Shown here: in pieces, positions 9,662 through 19,458 of the stretch
Position numbering within the stretch: position 1 is the stretch's first letter
Layout of the letters: every line of letters starts with the position of its first letter
Made by a program: the position numbers and the translations under genes
Notes under the pieces: model-generated
Seen by the model: the letters and a program-made list of their open reading frames with translations, nothing else
The model's database searches: none
Told to the model about the DNA's origin: nothing
Source of the DNA: Gemmatimonadota bacterium
GTDB taxonomy: Bacteria > Gemmatimonadota > Gemmatimonadetes > Palauibacterales > Palauibacteraceae
Direction: 5' to 3'
Assembly: GCA_965116475.1 (NCBI GenBank)
Contig: OZ220691.1
Coordinates: forward strand, 2,965,484 to 3,029,483
Length of the DNA stretch: 64,000 bases

Positions 9662-10717
9662 ATGAGACGGCGGACTATTGCGGGCGCGGCCCCGGGCCTG
9701 CGTGTCTTCGTGGCTTCGACGGTTTTCGCGGCGCTTCACGGCCTGTCGGGCGCGGGAGCGCTGGCGGGCCAGGAGTCGCACGCTTGCGAGGATCGCGCCG
9801 GACTCCGCGTCAACGTGCTGGACGCGACGGGACTGGTGCGAGTGAGCGGCGCCGATGTGCGGATTCGCTGGATCGACGTGGTCCGCAGTCCCGAGCGCAA
9901 GGGCGCGGGGGATGACGGCCGCCTGACGTTCTGCGCTCCGCGGGACGCGACGAAGGCGACCGTCTGGGCGGAGGCCCGGGATGGGTCGAGCGAGCAGGCG
10001 TCCGTCGAGTTGATCCCCGGTGAGACGAGCGCGGTGGAACTCCGGATCCTGGGGGAAGACAACCCTGGGCGCCTCGAGGGGCGAATCTTCGACATCGTAA
10101 CGAAGGACCCCATCCCGACGGCCGCCGTGACGGTGGACGGTCGCCCCGCCGCCGTCGAGACCGACCGCTGGGGACGGTACATCCTCACGGGCATCCCCGC
10201 GGGGGCCAAGGAATTCCAGGTCCGCCGCATGGGGTACGAACCCCTCGAGTACGTCGTCACGGTCAAGCCGGGACTCACCACTCAGGTGGACATCGGCCTC
10301 GTTCCGGATCCCGTCGAGATGGAGCCGCTCGTGGCCACGACCGTCCGGTCGAACAGGCTCGAGCGCAAGGGGTTCTACGAGCGGCAGTATTGGGGCGAGA
10401 TGCTCGGCATGGGCGATTTCCTCACGCCGGAGTACCTCGAGCGCTGGCGTCCGATGCGCATGAGCCAGTTGCTCGAGCAACACACGATGCTGCGTCCGCG
10501 ACTCGTGAGCGGGGGCAGGACGCCCGGGACCTTCGGCGACTGCCTTCAGGTGTATCTCGACAACGTCAACGTGAACAATCTTGCGCGTTCGCTCAACTCA
10601 ATCGTGCTCCCGAGCGAGGTGGCCGGCGTCGAGGTGTACCGCGCGCCCGCCGCGTTACCGACCGGGCTGATGCGGTTCCAGTCGAGGTGCAACCTCGTCC
10701 TGATCTGGACGCGGTAG
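9662..10717 (+). CDS. Secreted protein with carboxypeptidase-regulatory-like domains and C-terminal TonB-plug-like domain
   Basis: AGGAGG RBS, signal peptide, TDRWGRY...VRRMGY beta-sandwich motif, GFYER, C-terminal EVAGVEVYR...C.LVLIWTR. Confidence 0.75.
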   Translation: MRRRTIAGAAPGLRVFVASTVFAALHGLSGAGALAGQESHACEDRAGLRVNVLDATGLVRVSGADVRIRWIDVVRSPERKGAGDDGRLTFCAPRDATKATVWAEARDGSSEQASVELIPGETSAVELRILGEDNPGRLEGRIFDIVTKDPIPTAAVTVDGRPAAVETDRWGRYILTGIPAGAKEFQVRRMGYEPLEYVVTVKPGLTTQVDIGLVPDPVEMEPLVATTVRSNRLERKGFYERQYWGEMLGMGDFLTPEYLERWRPMRMSQLLEQHTMLRPRLVSGGRTPGTFGDCLQVYLDNVNVNNLARSLNSIVLPSEVAGVEVYRAPAALPTGLMRFQSRCNLVLIWTR

Positions 10718-10738
10718 CCGGCCGGGCGGAACTGCTGG

Positions 10739-12229
10739 CTAGCGGTCGATGAACTCGGCGACGTGTGCGGGGGCGAGGCGCGCAGTGTGGCGGGAGACCG
10801 CAATCATGACGATCACGTTCCCGACCATCCCGTAGATTCCCGGGTGGACGCCGGCGGTCGCGGCGGCTGAGACCAGGTCCAGCCGCAGCGCCAGATCGAG
10901 GAAGAACGCGATCGCGCCGCCCGTCACGAGACCCCACAGCGCCCCCGCGCGCGTCACTCCGCGCCACAGGAAGGTCACGACCGTCAGCGGGAAGAGTTGC
11001 GCGATGAAGCCGTAGCTGAGGAGCAGCAGCTCCACGAGGCTGAGTCCGGGGATCAGCGCGAGCCCGTAGCTGGCGGCGCCCACGAGGATCACCATGAGGC
11101 GAATCCAGCGCCGTTGCGCTGCGTCGTCCAGCGCGCCCGGGCGCAGGTTGCCCCAGAAGTCGCGCACGGCCACGGACCCCGCCGCGTGCAGGAGCGCGTC
11201 CCCCGTCGACATCGAGGCGGCGAGCGCCCCCGCGCAGAAGAGTCCCACGATGAGCGGCGGCAGCCCGATCTGGGCCGACGTCACGATGGTGGGCAGGATG
11301 GCGTCCGCCGGCTCGACGCCGGGGAAGGCGAGCACGCCCGAGAAACCGATGAAGAGGATCGGGACGAGGAAGAGCGCGAAGGTCGGATAGTAGACGACCG
11401 TCCGCTTGAGCGTGTCCACGTCGCGAGCCGTGTAAATCTTCATGAAATAGTGCGGCCACACGCTGAACCCGAAGGCGGAGATGGCGACCGAACTCGAATA
11501 CGCGCCCCAGCTCCACGGCTGTCCGTCCGCGCCGAGTCCCGGCCCCCGCAGCATGTCCGGGAGCCCGGCGGCGATCGCGTCGAACATCGGACCCACGCCG
11601 CCGTGCAGCTTCGCCGGCAGGTAGAGGCCGAGCCCCCACGCGAGCACCATCATGAACATCCCCTGGAAGGTGTTCGTCCAGCCCACCCCCAGGACGCCGC
11701 TCCTGAAGACGTACACGAGCACGACCCCGTACGCGATCGCGGACCCGGCCCACTGCGGTACGCGCCCCTCCGTCACCACGTTGAAGACGTATCCCGCCCC
11801 CTTCATCTGAATCACCAGGTAGGGGACGAAGGCGAAGACGGAGAGGACCGCGAGGATGGCCGGGATCGCGCGGCTGTCGAACCGGTGCGCGAAGAGTTCC
11901 GCCTGCGTGACGTAGCCGAAGCGCCGGCCGAGCGCGGCGACGCGCGGACCGAAGAAGTACCAGGGGACGAGTCCGACGGACGCGTAGGCGAGGATGTAGA
12001 AGGCCGCCGCCCCGCGCGAATAGGCCCAGCCGGGCCCGCCAAGGAAGGCGAACGCGCTGAACACCGAGGCCCCCATGATGAAGTAGAGGACGAGGAAGTT
12101 CAGCGAGCGGTCGCCGGCGACGTAGCCCTCCGTGCTGTCGGAGGCGTGGCGGCCGGAGGCGAGCCCGATCGCGAGCGAGGCGAGCAGGTATCCGATCGTG
12201 ACGAGGAAGACGATCAGCCAGGCCGGCAT
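10739..12229 (-). CDS. Sodium:solute symporter (SSS, YhjB/PutP-like)
   Basis: Start MPAWLIVFL in TGATG overlap; YVAGDRS, FSAFAFLGGPG, AASMSTGD; about 13 hydrophobic segments. Confidence 0.9.
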   Translation of the reverse strand: MPAWLIVFLVTIGYLLASLAIGLASGRHASDSTEGYVAGDRSLNFLVLYFIMGASVFSAFAFLGGPGWAYSRGAAAFYILAYASVGLVPWYFFGPRVAALGRRFGYVTQAELFAHRFDSRAIPAILAVLSVFAFVPYLVIQMKGAGYVFNVVTEGRVPQWAGSAIAYGVVLVYVFRSGVLGVGWTNTFQGMFMMVLAWGLGLYLPAKLHGGVGPMFDAIAAGLPDMLRGPGLGADGQPWSWGAYSSSVAISAFGFSVWPHYFMKIYTARDVDTLKRTVVYYPTFALFLVPILFIGFSGVLAFPGVEPADAILPTIVTSAQIGLPPLIVGLFCAGALAASMSTGDALLHAAGSVAVRDFWGNLRPGALDDAAQRRWIRLMVILVGAASYGLALIPGLSLVELLLLSYGFIAQLFPLTVVTFLWRGVTRAGALWGLVTGGAIAFFLDLALRLDLVSAAATAGVHPGIYGMVGNVIVMIAVSRHTARLAPAHVAEFIDR

Positions 12230-12495
12230 CAGCCGCCCGCACCGTTCGGGTCGCCGTCGACCGTCTCCCGCTTCCGTTCCCACCGGTAGTACCCGAAGAG
12301 AACGAAGAACGAGAAGAGGAGCCCGACGACGACGTAGAAGAGCGAGAACGGCATCGCGAGCACGCGGGGTTCGATGGTGGCGAACCGCGGATAGATGGGC
12401 CACACGAGCGCCGCAAACAGCAGCACGTAGAAGACCGCGATCGCGATGGCGACGGGGTGGCGGTCGGGAGGCGTGGCGCGGCGTGGCTCGTCCAT
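12229..12495 (-). CDS. Small 2-TM SSS accessory protein (DUF3311/DUF485-like)
   Basis: Two TM helices, PRVLAMPFSLFY motif, stop overlaps the SSS start. Confidence 0.75.
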   Translation of the reverse strand: MDEPRRATPPDRHPVAIAIAVFYVLLFAALVWPIYPRFATIEPRVLAMPFSLFYVVVGLLFSFFVLFGYYRWERKRETVDGDPNGAGG

Positions 12496-12577
12496 CGCCG
12501 CAAAAGGCCGGCTGTGTCGGACCCGGTCAAGGCTGAGGAACGGTTGAACGGCGGGGTCGATCGAGCGATCTTGCCGC

Positions 12578-13597
12578 ATGTTCGGCCTGAAACGAAGCCG
12601 CATGCGCTCGGCCGCCGCCTCCGGCCTGCTCGTCGCCTGCCACGCTCCGGCGTTTTCGGCGTGCGGCCCGGAAGGGGCTTCATCCGGCGCCGCCGAAGCC
12701 CCCGGCGACGGCGAGACGTCCGTCGCGGATGCCGCGGCTGGAGGCGCCGATCTCTCCACCGGGACGCACGTTGTCCTGCTGGGGACGGGGACGCCCAATC
12801 CCGAACCGGAGGCATCGGGCGCCGCCACCGCGATCCTGGTGGACGGTCGCGCCTACATCGTGGACGCGGGCGTGGGCCTCGTGCGACGCGCCGCGGAGGC
12901 GGCCGATCGCTACGGCGCCGAGAGCCTCGGGGCGGCGCGGCTGGACATCGCCTTCCTCACCCATCTGCACAGCGACCACACGATCGGGCTGCCGGACCTG
13001 ATCCACACGCCCTGGGTGGCCGAGCGGGAGGCGCCGCTGAAGCTGTTCGGCCCCGACGGGACGGTGGCGATGGCCGAGCACCTGACGGCCGCATGGGAGG
13101 CGGATATCGAGAACCGGCTCAGCGGTTCGCAGCCGGCGACGCCGGACGGGTGGCGCGTGGAGGCGGTCGACATCGACCCGGGAGTCATCTACGAAGACGA
13201 CCGCGTCCGCGTGACCGCCTTCGCCGTCCCGCACACCGGCTGGTCGGAGGCGTACGGCTACCGGTTCGACGCTGCGGGGCGCTCGGTGGTCCTCTCCGGC
13301 GACACCGCGCCGACCGAGGCGATCGTCGAGATGTGCGGGGGGTGCGACGTGCTCGTGCACGAGGTGTACTCGGCGACGACGTTCCGCGACCGTCCGCCCG
13401 AATGGCAGTCGTATCACGCCCAGGCCCACACGTCGACCGTCGAACTGGCGCGGCTTGCCGTGCGGGCACGCCCGGGGATCCTCGTCCTGCATCACCAGTT
13501 GGGCTGGGGAGCGACCCCTGAGGAGATGGTCGCGGAGATTCGCGCCGCCGGCTACGACGGACCGCTCGCATACGGCCGCGACCTGGACGTGTACTGA
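12578..13597 (+). CDS. MBL-fold metallo-hydrolase (RNase Z/arylsulfatase AtsA-like), probably exported
   Basis: LLGTGTP, THLHSDH, SGDT, LVHE, HT, HHQ; lipobox-like FSAC. Alternative start at 12602. Confidence 0.85.
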   Translation: MFGLKRSRMRSAAASGLLVACHAPAFSACGPEGASSGAAEAPGDGETSVADAAAGGADLSTGTHVVLLGTGTPNPEPEASGAATAILVDGRAYIVDAGVGLVRRAAEAADRYGAESLGAARLDIAFLTHLHSDHTIGLPDLIHTPWVAEREAPLKLFGPDGTVAMAEHLTAAWEADIENRLSGSQPATPDGWRVEAVDIDPGVIYEDDRVRVTAFAVPHTGWSEAYGYRFDAAGRSVVLSGDTAPTEAIVEMCGGCDVLVHEVYSATTFRDRPPEWQSYHAQAHTSTVELARLAVRARPGILVLHHQLGWGATPEEMVAEIRAAGYDGPLAYGRDLDVY

Positions 13598-13603
13598 ACC
13601 GGG

Positions 13604-15337
13604 ATGTATGCGGGTCGCACGATCCGGACCCACGCCTCCCGCGCGGCGCTTGCCTCGGCGCTCGCGATCATCGCGCTCCCGGCGCAGCCGGTCGCCGCGG
13701 ACCCGGCCCAATCCCGCGAGCCTCCCGCATCTCCTGACGCCGCCTCGGCGATGAAGATGGCGCGCGACGCTCAGCGCGCATTCGAGCACGTCCGGCGCCG
13801 CAACTTCCCGCGCGGTCCCCTGGTCAATCCGACATGTGGCGAGGGGATCGGGCGCTTCTGCCTCGTCGAAGGGTGGGACGACGACGATTGGGATCCGGTC
13901 CCCGAGGAGCCGGAGGTCGTTGAGGAGCGGCTCGCCTTGATCGCGGTCCTCGACAGCGCGGCCCGGGTCATTCCCGGCGACGAGTGGCTCACGGGGCAGC
14001 GCGTCGCCTACCGGCTGGAGGCCGGCCGCGCCGGCGAAGCGCTCGCGCTGCTGGAAGCCTGCCGCGCGGCGAGTGCGTGGTGTGCCGGGCTGGCCGGCTT
14101 CGTCCTTCAGGAGAGTGGTCGCTACGGAGAGGCGGAGGCGGCCTTCGAGCGCGCGCTCGACCGCATGACCGACGAAGAGCGCTGCGGCTGGACCGAACTT
14201 GGGCCCGTACTCGACCGCCGGACGCGCGGCCGCTACGAGCGCTTCGTCTGCGGAAGCTCGCCGCGGCGTGCCGTGGAGCGCTCGTTCTGGCACCTTTCCG
14301 ACCCGCTCTGGCTCGTGCCCGGCATGGAGCGGCGCTCCGAGCACCTCGCCCGCCGCGTCCGCGCCGCGCTCCAGGCCGACGCCGCGAGCCCGTGGGGGAT
14401 GCGGTGGGGCGACGATCTCACCGAGATCACGCTGCGCTTCGGCTGGCCCGCCGGCTGGGAGCGGGCGCGCCGCCGGTTCGTCGGCTCGCGTACGGATGAG
14501 ATTGTGTGGTCGCACCGCCTGCCGGGGGCGCAGCGGTTCACCGTGTTGCAGTTCGGGTCTGCGGACGACGGGCCGCTCTGGGACCTGGATGAGCCGGAGG
14601 GCCGCACGAGCTGGGCGCCGGCCTTCGGCAAAATCGCGCAACTTCCTCACCAGGTGGCCGGCTTCCGGCGGGACGGCCGTCGGCGGATGGTCGCGGCGTT
14701 CACGTGGCCCGACTCCCTGCCGTCGTGCGATCTCAAGAGCGGACTTTTCCTCGCCGACGCCCACGGCGTGACGGCCTCGCACACCGCGCGGGGCGGCGGG
14801 CCGCTGGCGGTCGCGGAGCCCCGGGGACTCGCCCCCGCGACGCTCGTCGGCGTCGAAGCGCGCTGCGAAGAGGGACCCGGGGCCGCCCGCGCGCGGATGC
14901 CCATCGCCACGGGCCATCCGCGGCTGTCCGATATCCTCTTGCTGGACGCCGGCGGCGCCTCGCCCCCCACGCTGTCGGAGGCGCTGGTCCGCGCGCGGGG
15001 CGACCGCACCGCCCGGGCGGGCGAGACCCTGGCCGTCTACTGGGAGTGGTACGGCTCCCCGGATGCCGCCGGCGCCCTCCAGGTCACCCTGTCGCTGGCG
15101 CGGGAGGGGAAGGGGTTCTGGCGCCGTGCGCTCGAATGGAGCGGCCTCGCCAGCGACGACACCGAACGGGCCGGCATCCGCTGGCTCGAGGGGACGGCGA
15201 ATCCCGCGGCCGAGGGCCGCACCGTCGAACTGCGCCTCCCCATGCTCGACGAGGGGCGGTATCGCCTCACGCTCAAGGTCGTTTCCGCGACGGACGGAGC
15301 GGCCGAGTCCAGCACCGACATCGAAATCAAGGAGTAG
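13604..15337 (+). CDS. Secreted hypothetical protein with TPR-like and GWxTD-like segments
   Basis: Signal peptide, TPR-like helices, FW..SDP and EITLRFGWP, C-terminal Ig-like GRYRLTLKV. Confidence 0.6.
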   Translation: MYAGRTIRTHASRAALASALAIIALPAQPVAADPAQSREPPASPDAASAMKMARDAQRAFEHVRRRNFPRGPLVNPTCGEGIGRFCLVEGWDDDDWDPVPEEPEVVEERLALIAVLDSAARVIPGDEWLTGQRVAYRLEAGRAGEALALLEACRAASAWCAGLAGFVLQESGRYGEAEAAFERALDRMTDEERCGWTELGPVLDRRTRGRYERFVCGSSPRRAVERSFWHLSDPLWLVPGMERRSEHLARRVRAALQADAASPWGMRWGDDLTEITLRFGWPAGWERARRRFVGSRTDEIVWSHRLPGAQRFTVLQFGSADDGPLWDLDEPEGRTSWAPAFGKIAQLPHQVAGFRRDGRRRMVAAFTWPDSLPSCDLKSGLFLADAHGVTASHTARGGGPLAVAEPRGLAPATLVGVEARCEEGPGAARARMPIATGHPRLSDILLLDAGGASPPTLSEALVRARGDRTARAGETLAVYWEWYGSPDAAGALQVTLSLAREGKGFWRRALEWSGLASDDTERAGIRWLEGTANPAAEGRTVELRLPMLDEGRYRLTLKVVSATDGAAESSTDIEIKE

Positions 15338-15344
15338 ACCCGTG

Positions 15345-15797
15345 ATGCATGCCAGGATCTTCCCGTCCGCCCCCCGCGGCTCCGTTCCCGCCGTCGTCGC
15401 CGTCATCGCCGTTCTCGCCGTCACCGTGACGGTCTCGGGGTGTGGCGAGGCCGGTGAACCGGCGGAACCGGTTGCCGAAGCTGCCACCACCGGGCGCACG
15501 CCTCAGTTCGAGAACGAGTACGTGCAGGTATGGAAGAGCGTGATCGCCCCGAACCAGCCGCTCGAGATGCACCGCCATGACAACCCCCGCGCCATCATCG
15601 CGCTCAAGGGCGGGACGCTCACCGTCGTCAGCGACGCCGGTGAACAGCGGGACATGACGTGGGAGACCGGCCGGGCCTACTGGCTCGACGCCGATCCTCC
15701 GGGAGAACTCCACGGAGATGTGAACCAGGGGTCCGAGCCCGTCGAGGTCATCGTCGTGCAGTTGAAGGGGGTCGGCGGCGCCGCGGACACGCCGTGA
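15345..15797 (+). CDS. Cupin-domain lipoprotein
   Basis: Lipobox VSGC; FENEYVQV, MHRHD, HGDVN...PVEVIVVQLK. Confidence 0.75.
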   Translation: MHARIFPSAPRGSVPAVVAVIAVLAVTVTVSGCGEAGEPAEPVAEAATTGRTPQFENEYVQVWKSVIAPNQPLEMHRHDNPRAIIALKGGTLTVVSDAGEQRDMTWETGRAYWLDADPPGELHGDVNQGSEPVEVIVVQLKGVGGAADTP

Positions 15798-15873
15798 CGG
15801 ACCTGCCCCCAACGTGCATATTCCGCCCCCGCGCGACGACCGCATCGACTCGCAGCCGACACCGGAGGCCCCC

Positions 15874-16698
15874 ATGAACCACCGCCCCCAACTCCCGCGA
15901 CGCCTCGGCCCCGTTCTGGCCCTTGCCCTCGCCGCAGCCGCGGGCTGCGCGCCCGACGGTTCATCTCCCGCGGCCTCGACCGCGGCGCTCGAGCCCGATC
16001 AGGTTCTCGCCGATTCGCTCCTTGGCGCCTGGGTCGAGGCCGCGGGCGGGATGGAAGCCTGGCATGACATCGAGTCGGCGCGCTACACGATCACCACCGT
16101 GTGGTACGACTCCACGGGCGGAATCCGCCGCATGCGCCCCCGTCGCGTGGAATACCGGAAGGTGGACGGCGTCGAGCAGACCCGGATCGAGCGCCCCGAA
16201 GCCGAGGGCCTCTACGTCCAGACCTTCACGGGCTCCGACATGTGGGCCACGCTCAACGAGCGGCTGCTGGAGCCGGGAATCCGGGCCTGGGACGAGTCCG
16301 AGTATGTGGGCCGGGATGTGGTCTACTGGTTCGGGCTCCCGTACAAGCTCTACGACCCCGGCGTGAACCGGGGGGCCGGACCCCGGGACGAGGGAGGATA
16401 CGAGGTGCGCATCACCTTCGGCGATGGCGTGGGACTCCAGTCCGGCGACCGCTACTTCTACTACTTCCTGGACGACGATCCCTGGCCCGAGCAGGTCCAT
16501 TACATCTCGCAGGGGAGAGGAGAGGAGAGCCGGGCCCGCATGTACTGGGATGGGTACCGCACGGTAGGAGACTTCACGTACGTCGTCTCGCGGCTCTACC
16601 GGGACACGGAGATGAACCCGACCCGCGAACTCCGCCATGATGACGTCGAACTGAACCCGGTGCTGTCGGATTCCATCTTCCGCCGGCCGGGTTCGTGA
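15874..16698 (+). CDS. Hypothetical lipoprotein (LolA-like/DUF6503-like fold suspected)
   Basis: GGAGG RBS, lipobox AAGC, AAGGMEAW, FGLPYKLYDPG, SIFRRP end. Confidence 0.65.
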   Translation: MNHRPQLPRRLGPVLALALAAAAGCAPDGSSPAASTAALEPDQVLADSLLGAWVEAAGGMEAWHDIESARYTITTVWYDSTGGIRRMRPRRVEYRKVDGVEQTRIERPEAEGLYVQTFTGSDMWATLNERLLEPGIRAWDESEYVGRDVVYWFGLPYKLYDPGVNRGAGPRDEGGYEVRITFGDGVGLQSGDRYFYYFLDDDPWPEQVHYISQGRGEESRARMYWDGYRTVGDFTYVVSRLYRDTEMNPTRELRHDDVELNPVLSDSIFRRPGS

Positions 16699-17363
16699 CA
16701 TCCGCTCCCGTGGATCCGAGCCGGGCGGTCGAAGATTACCTGAAGGCCGTCTACAAGCTCCAGCAGGCCGGCGACCCTGTCTCCACGACGGCGCTGGCCG
16801 GGGAACTCGACCGCTCCGCGGCGTCCGTCACGAACATGGTCAAGAGCCTGGCGGCGCAGGGGCTCCTCCGGCATACCCCCTACCGGGGCGTGCTCCTCAC
16901 GGCCGCCGGAGAGGCGGCGGCGCTACGGATCATCCGCAGGCATCGGGTGATCGAACTGTATCTGATCGAGAGGCTGGGCTTCTCCTGGGAGGATGTGCAC
17001 GCAGAGGCCGAGCGGCTCGAGCACGCCGCCTCGGAAGCGCTCATCGACCGGATGGCGCAGGCGCTGGGGGAGCCGTCGATCGACCCCCATGGCAGCCCGA
17101 TTCCGACGCGGGACGGCGAACTCGCGCAGACCGAGTGGATCCCCCTCGCGGAGTTGAAGGGAGGGCGCGGCGTCGTCCGCGAGGTCTCCGACCGGAGTCC
17201 GCGGACGCTGCGGGAACTCGCCGCGCTGGGGCTCTTCCCGGGCACGCGCATACGGTGCCTGGGCGAGCGGGCGGGGGGCGCCGCCCGCCTCGAAGTGGAC
17301 GACCGCTCTTTCGATGTCGAACCCGTCCTCGCGCGCGCCGTCTTCGTCGAACGCGAGCCCTAG
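16695..17363 (+). CDS. DtxR/MntR family metal-dependent transcriptional regulator with FeoA-like C-terminus
   Basis: EDYLKAVY, SVTNMVK, RRHRVIELYL, HAEAERLEH, DPHGSPIP. Confidence 0.93.
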   Translation: MTSAPVDPSRAVEDYLKAVYKLQQAGDPVSTTALAGELDRSAASVTNMVKSLAAQGLLRHTPYRGVLLTAAGEAAALRIIRRHRVIELYLIERLGFSWEDVHAEAERLEHAASEALIDRMAQALGEPSIDPHGSPIPTRDGELAQTEWIPLAELKGGRGVVREVSDRSPRTLRELAALGLFPGTRIRCLGERAGGAARLEVDDRSFDVEPVLARAVFVEREP

Positions 17364-17379
17364 GTCGAACGCGAGCCCT
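17346..17379 (+). repeat. 16-bp direct repeat (GTCGAACGCGAGCCCT x2, 18-bp period)
   Basis: Exact copies at 17346-17361 and 17364-17379 across the overlapping stops of two convergent genes. Confidence 0.9.
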
Positions 17380-18154
17380 GGCCCGCTCTTCCCAGCGGCT
17401 GGGGGTCCAGCAGGGCGGGGAGGACCGTGCCGGCCTCGCCGCGCAGTGCCGCCGCCGCGACCTCCGTGAGCGCGGTCCGCCGCACATTGATCTCCATGAT
17501 GAGCCCGCCGGCTTCGCGCGTCGCGAGGGGAAGCGCGGCGGCGGGGTAGACGACGGCGCTCGTCCCGACGACGAGACACAGGTCTGCCCGCTCCGCCAGC
17601 CGGCGCGCGCGGTCCAGCAGTTCCGGGTCGAGCGTCTCCCCGAAGAGGACGACATCGGGTCGCCGCAGCCCCCCGCAGCCGGAACAGCGGGGGAGCGTCT
17701 CGCCGAGCGGCTCGGCGGGCCAGCGCGCCGCGCACGACTGGCAGCGGTCGCGCCCCACCGCGCCGTGAAGTTCGAGCGGCAGCGCCGCCTCCGCGGGATC
17801 CTCGCCCGCCTCTTCGAGCGCGGCGCGGGTGTGGAGGCCATCGACGTTCTGCGTCACGAGTCCGGCCTCCCCGCGCCGCAGGAAGAAGCGCGCCAGCGCC
17901 CGGTGCCCCTCGTTGGGCCGGCAGTCCGCGAGCGCCGAGCGCCGCCAGGCGTACCACTCGAGCACGGTCCGCGGATCGTGCTCGAGCGCTTCGGGCGTGG
18001 CGAGTTCCTCCGGGCGGTAGCTCTTCCACAGCCCGCCGGCGTCCCGGAACGTCGGCACGCCCGACTCGGCCGAAATCCCCGCTCCCGTCAGCGCGACCAC
18101 GCGCCGGGCGTCCCGCACGAGTCGGCGCGCCCGTCGCCATTGACCCTGTTCCAT
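17360..18154 (-). CDS. cobB: NAD-dependent protein deacylase (sirtuin, class III)
   Basis: GAGISAESGVPTFR, WYAWRR, TQNVDGLH, LHG, two CxxC, RPDVVLFGE, GTSAVVYPAA. Confidence 0.93.
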   Translation of the reverse strand: MEQGQWRRARRLVRDARRVVALTGAGISAESGVPTFRDAGGLWKSYRPEELATPEALEHDPRTVLEWYAWRRSALADCRPNEGHRALARFFLRRGEAGLVTQNVDGLHTRAALEEAGEDPAEAALPLELHGAVGRDRCQSCAARWPAEPLGETLPRCSGCGGLRRPDVVLFGETLDPELLDRARRLAERADLCLVVGTSAVVYPAAALPLATREAGGLIMEINVRRTALTEVAAAALRGEAGTVLPALLDPQPLGRAGQGSRST

Positions 18155-18263
18155 CGTCTCCCGATCTTGTGACCCCGACCTCAAACCCGGGCCCGCATGC
18201 CGCGCCCGAGCCCGCAGCGCCGCCCCGAAGGACGACGAACCGGACAACACGGACGATGAACGC

Positions 18264-18512
18264 GTGAGCATGAGAATCAAGGCCGAGGGAGACGTGTGGC
18301 GGGCGGAACTCGCCGAGGAAGCTGGAGAGCGCGTCGTCCTCTTCTTCTGCCAGAGCACCGACCAGCGCCCCTACCGGGTGGTTCGCCTGGACGCGGATCG
18401 GTCCGGCGGGAGTGAAGCCCTGGAGGAGATGTCCGAGGAGGAACTCCGGGATCTGTTCGAGGCCTCCCGTTCGATGGGGATCCCCCGCGACTATCCGACC
18501 TACAGTCGGTGA
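18264..18512 (+). CDS. Small hypothetical protein
   Basis: Coding-like composition; GTGA overlap with the next gene. Alternative ATG at 18270. Confidence 0.65.
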   Translation: MSMRIKAEGDVWRAELAEEAGERVVLFFCQSTDQRPYRVVRLDADRSGGSEALEEMSEEELRDLFEASRSMGIPRDYPTYSR

Positions 18513-19396
18513 ACGTCCCCGTCGCCGGCCGGACGGTCCCCGGGCCCGGAACGGGTCCGTGCGTCGATTTGCACATGCACTCGACCGCCAGCGACGGGAC
18601 AGTCCCCCCGGCCGACGTGGCCCGTGCCGTGGCCGACGCCGGCCTCGACGGATTCTCGCTGACGGACCATGACACGACGCAGGGCCTGGCCGAGGCGGAG
18701 ACGGCGGCGCGAGCACTCGGTCTCCGCTTCCTGCCCGGGGCGGAGCTGTCCGCGAACGAACCCGGCCGGTCCGTGCACCTCCTCGCCTACGGGTTCGATG
18801 CGGCCGATCCCGACCTGCAGGCGTTCCTCGCCAGTTACCGCGAGGATCGGCTCCGGCGCGCACGCGAGATTGTCGAACGGCTGCAGGCCGCGGGCGCCCA
18901 CGTGACCTGGGAGGACGTGGAACTCCAGGCGGGCGCAGCGGCCCCGACCCGAGCCCACGTCGGCCGGGCGGTCGTGGCCCGCGGCGCGGCCGCCGACATC
19001 AACGAGGCGTTCCGGCGCTACCTCTCGCGAGGACGTCCCGCGCACGTCGGCAAGGAACCTACGCCGCCGAAGGCCGTATTCGATTGCGTACACGCGGCGG
19101 GCGGCGTCGTCTGCCTCGCGCACCCGGGCAGGACGCACGGCGAGGACGATGTCCGCCGCTGGGCGAGCGAGGGTCTGGATGGCGTCGAGGTCGTCCACCC
19201 CGCGAATCCCCCGGCCGTGCAGAGCCGCATGAACGCCCTGGCCGGCGAACTCGGCCTGCTCCGCTGCGGCGGCTCGGATTGGCACGGGCCCGACGCGGGC
19301 CGAAGGGGGGTGCCCGGGTGGGCGCACGTGCCCATGCGGTGGCTGGATGAGCTGGCCCGCAGGTCGTGCCGGAAGGCGGACCGGCGGCCGGCCTGA
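18509..19396 (+). CDS. PHP-domain phosphoesterase (TrpH/YciV-like)
   Basis: DLHMHSTASDG, LTDHDT, HLLAY, LAHP, GGSDWHG. Confidence 0.92.
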   Translation: MNVPVAGRTVPGPGTGPCVDLHMHSTASDGTVPPADVARAVADAGLDGFSLTDHDTTQGLAEAETAARALGLRFLPGAELSANEPGRSVHLLAYGFDAADPDLQAFLASYREDRLRRAREIVERLQAAGAHVTWEDVELQAGAAAPTRAHVGRAVVARGAAADINEAFRRYLSRGRPAHVGKEPTPPKAVFDCVHAAGGVVCLAHPGRTHGEDDVRRWASEGLDGVEVVHPANPPAVQSRMNALAGELGLLRCGGSDWHGPDAGRRGVPGWAHVPMRWLDELARRSCRKADRRPA

Positions 19397-19458
19397 GGCG
19401 CCGCCGCCGCGCTGCGCCGGTGAGACTCCCGCGCTGCGTTAGGGAGAAATGACGCAGC

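Noticed and set aside
12680-15499. 939-aa minus-strand ORF and many other long antisense/alternate-frame ORFs (e.g. 10593-12815, 30669-33224, 50357-52369, 56476-58509)
   Set aside because: Arg/Pro/Gly/Ala-rich shadows of well-supported genes, expected at this GC content; no family motifs.
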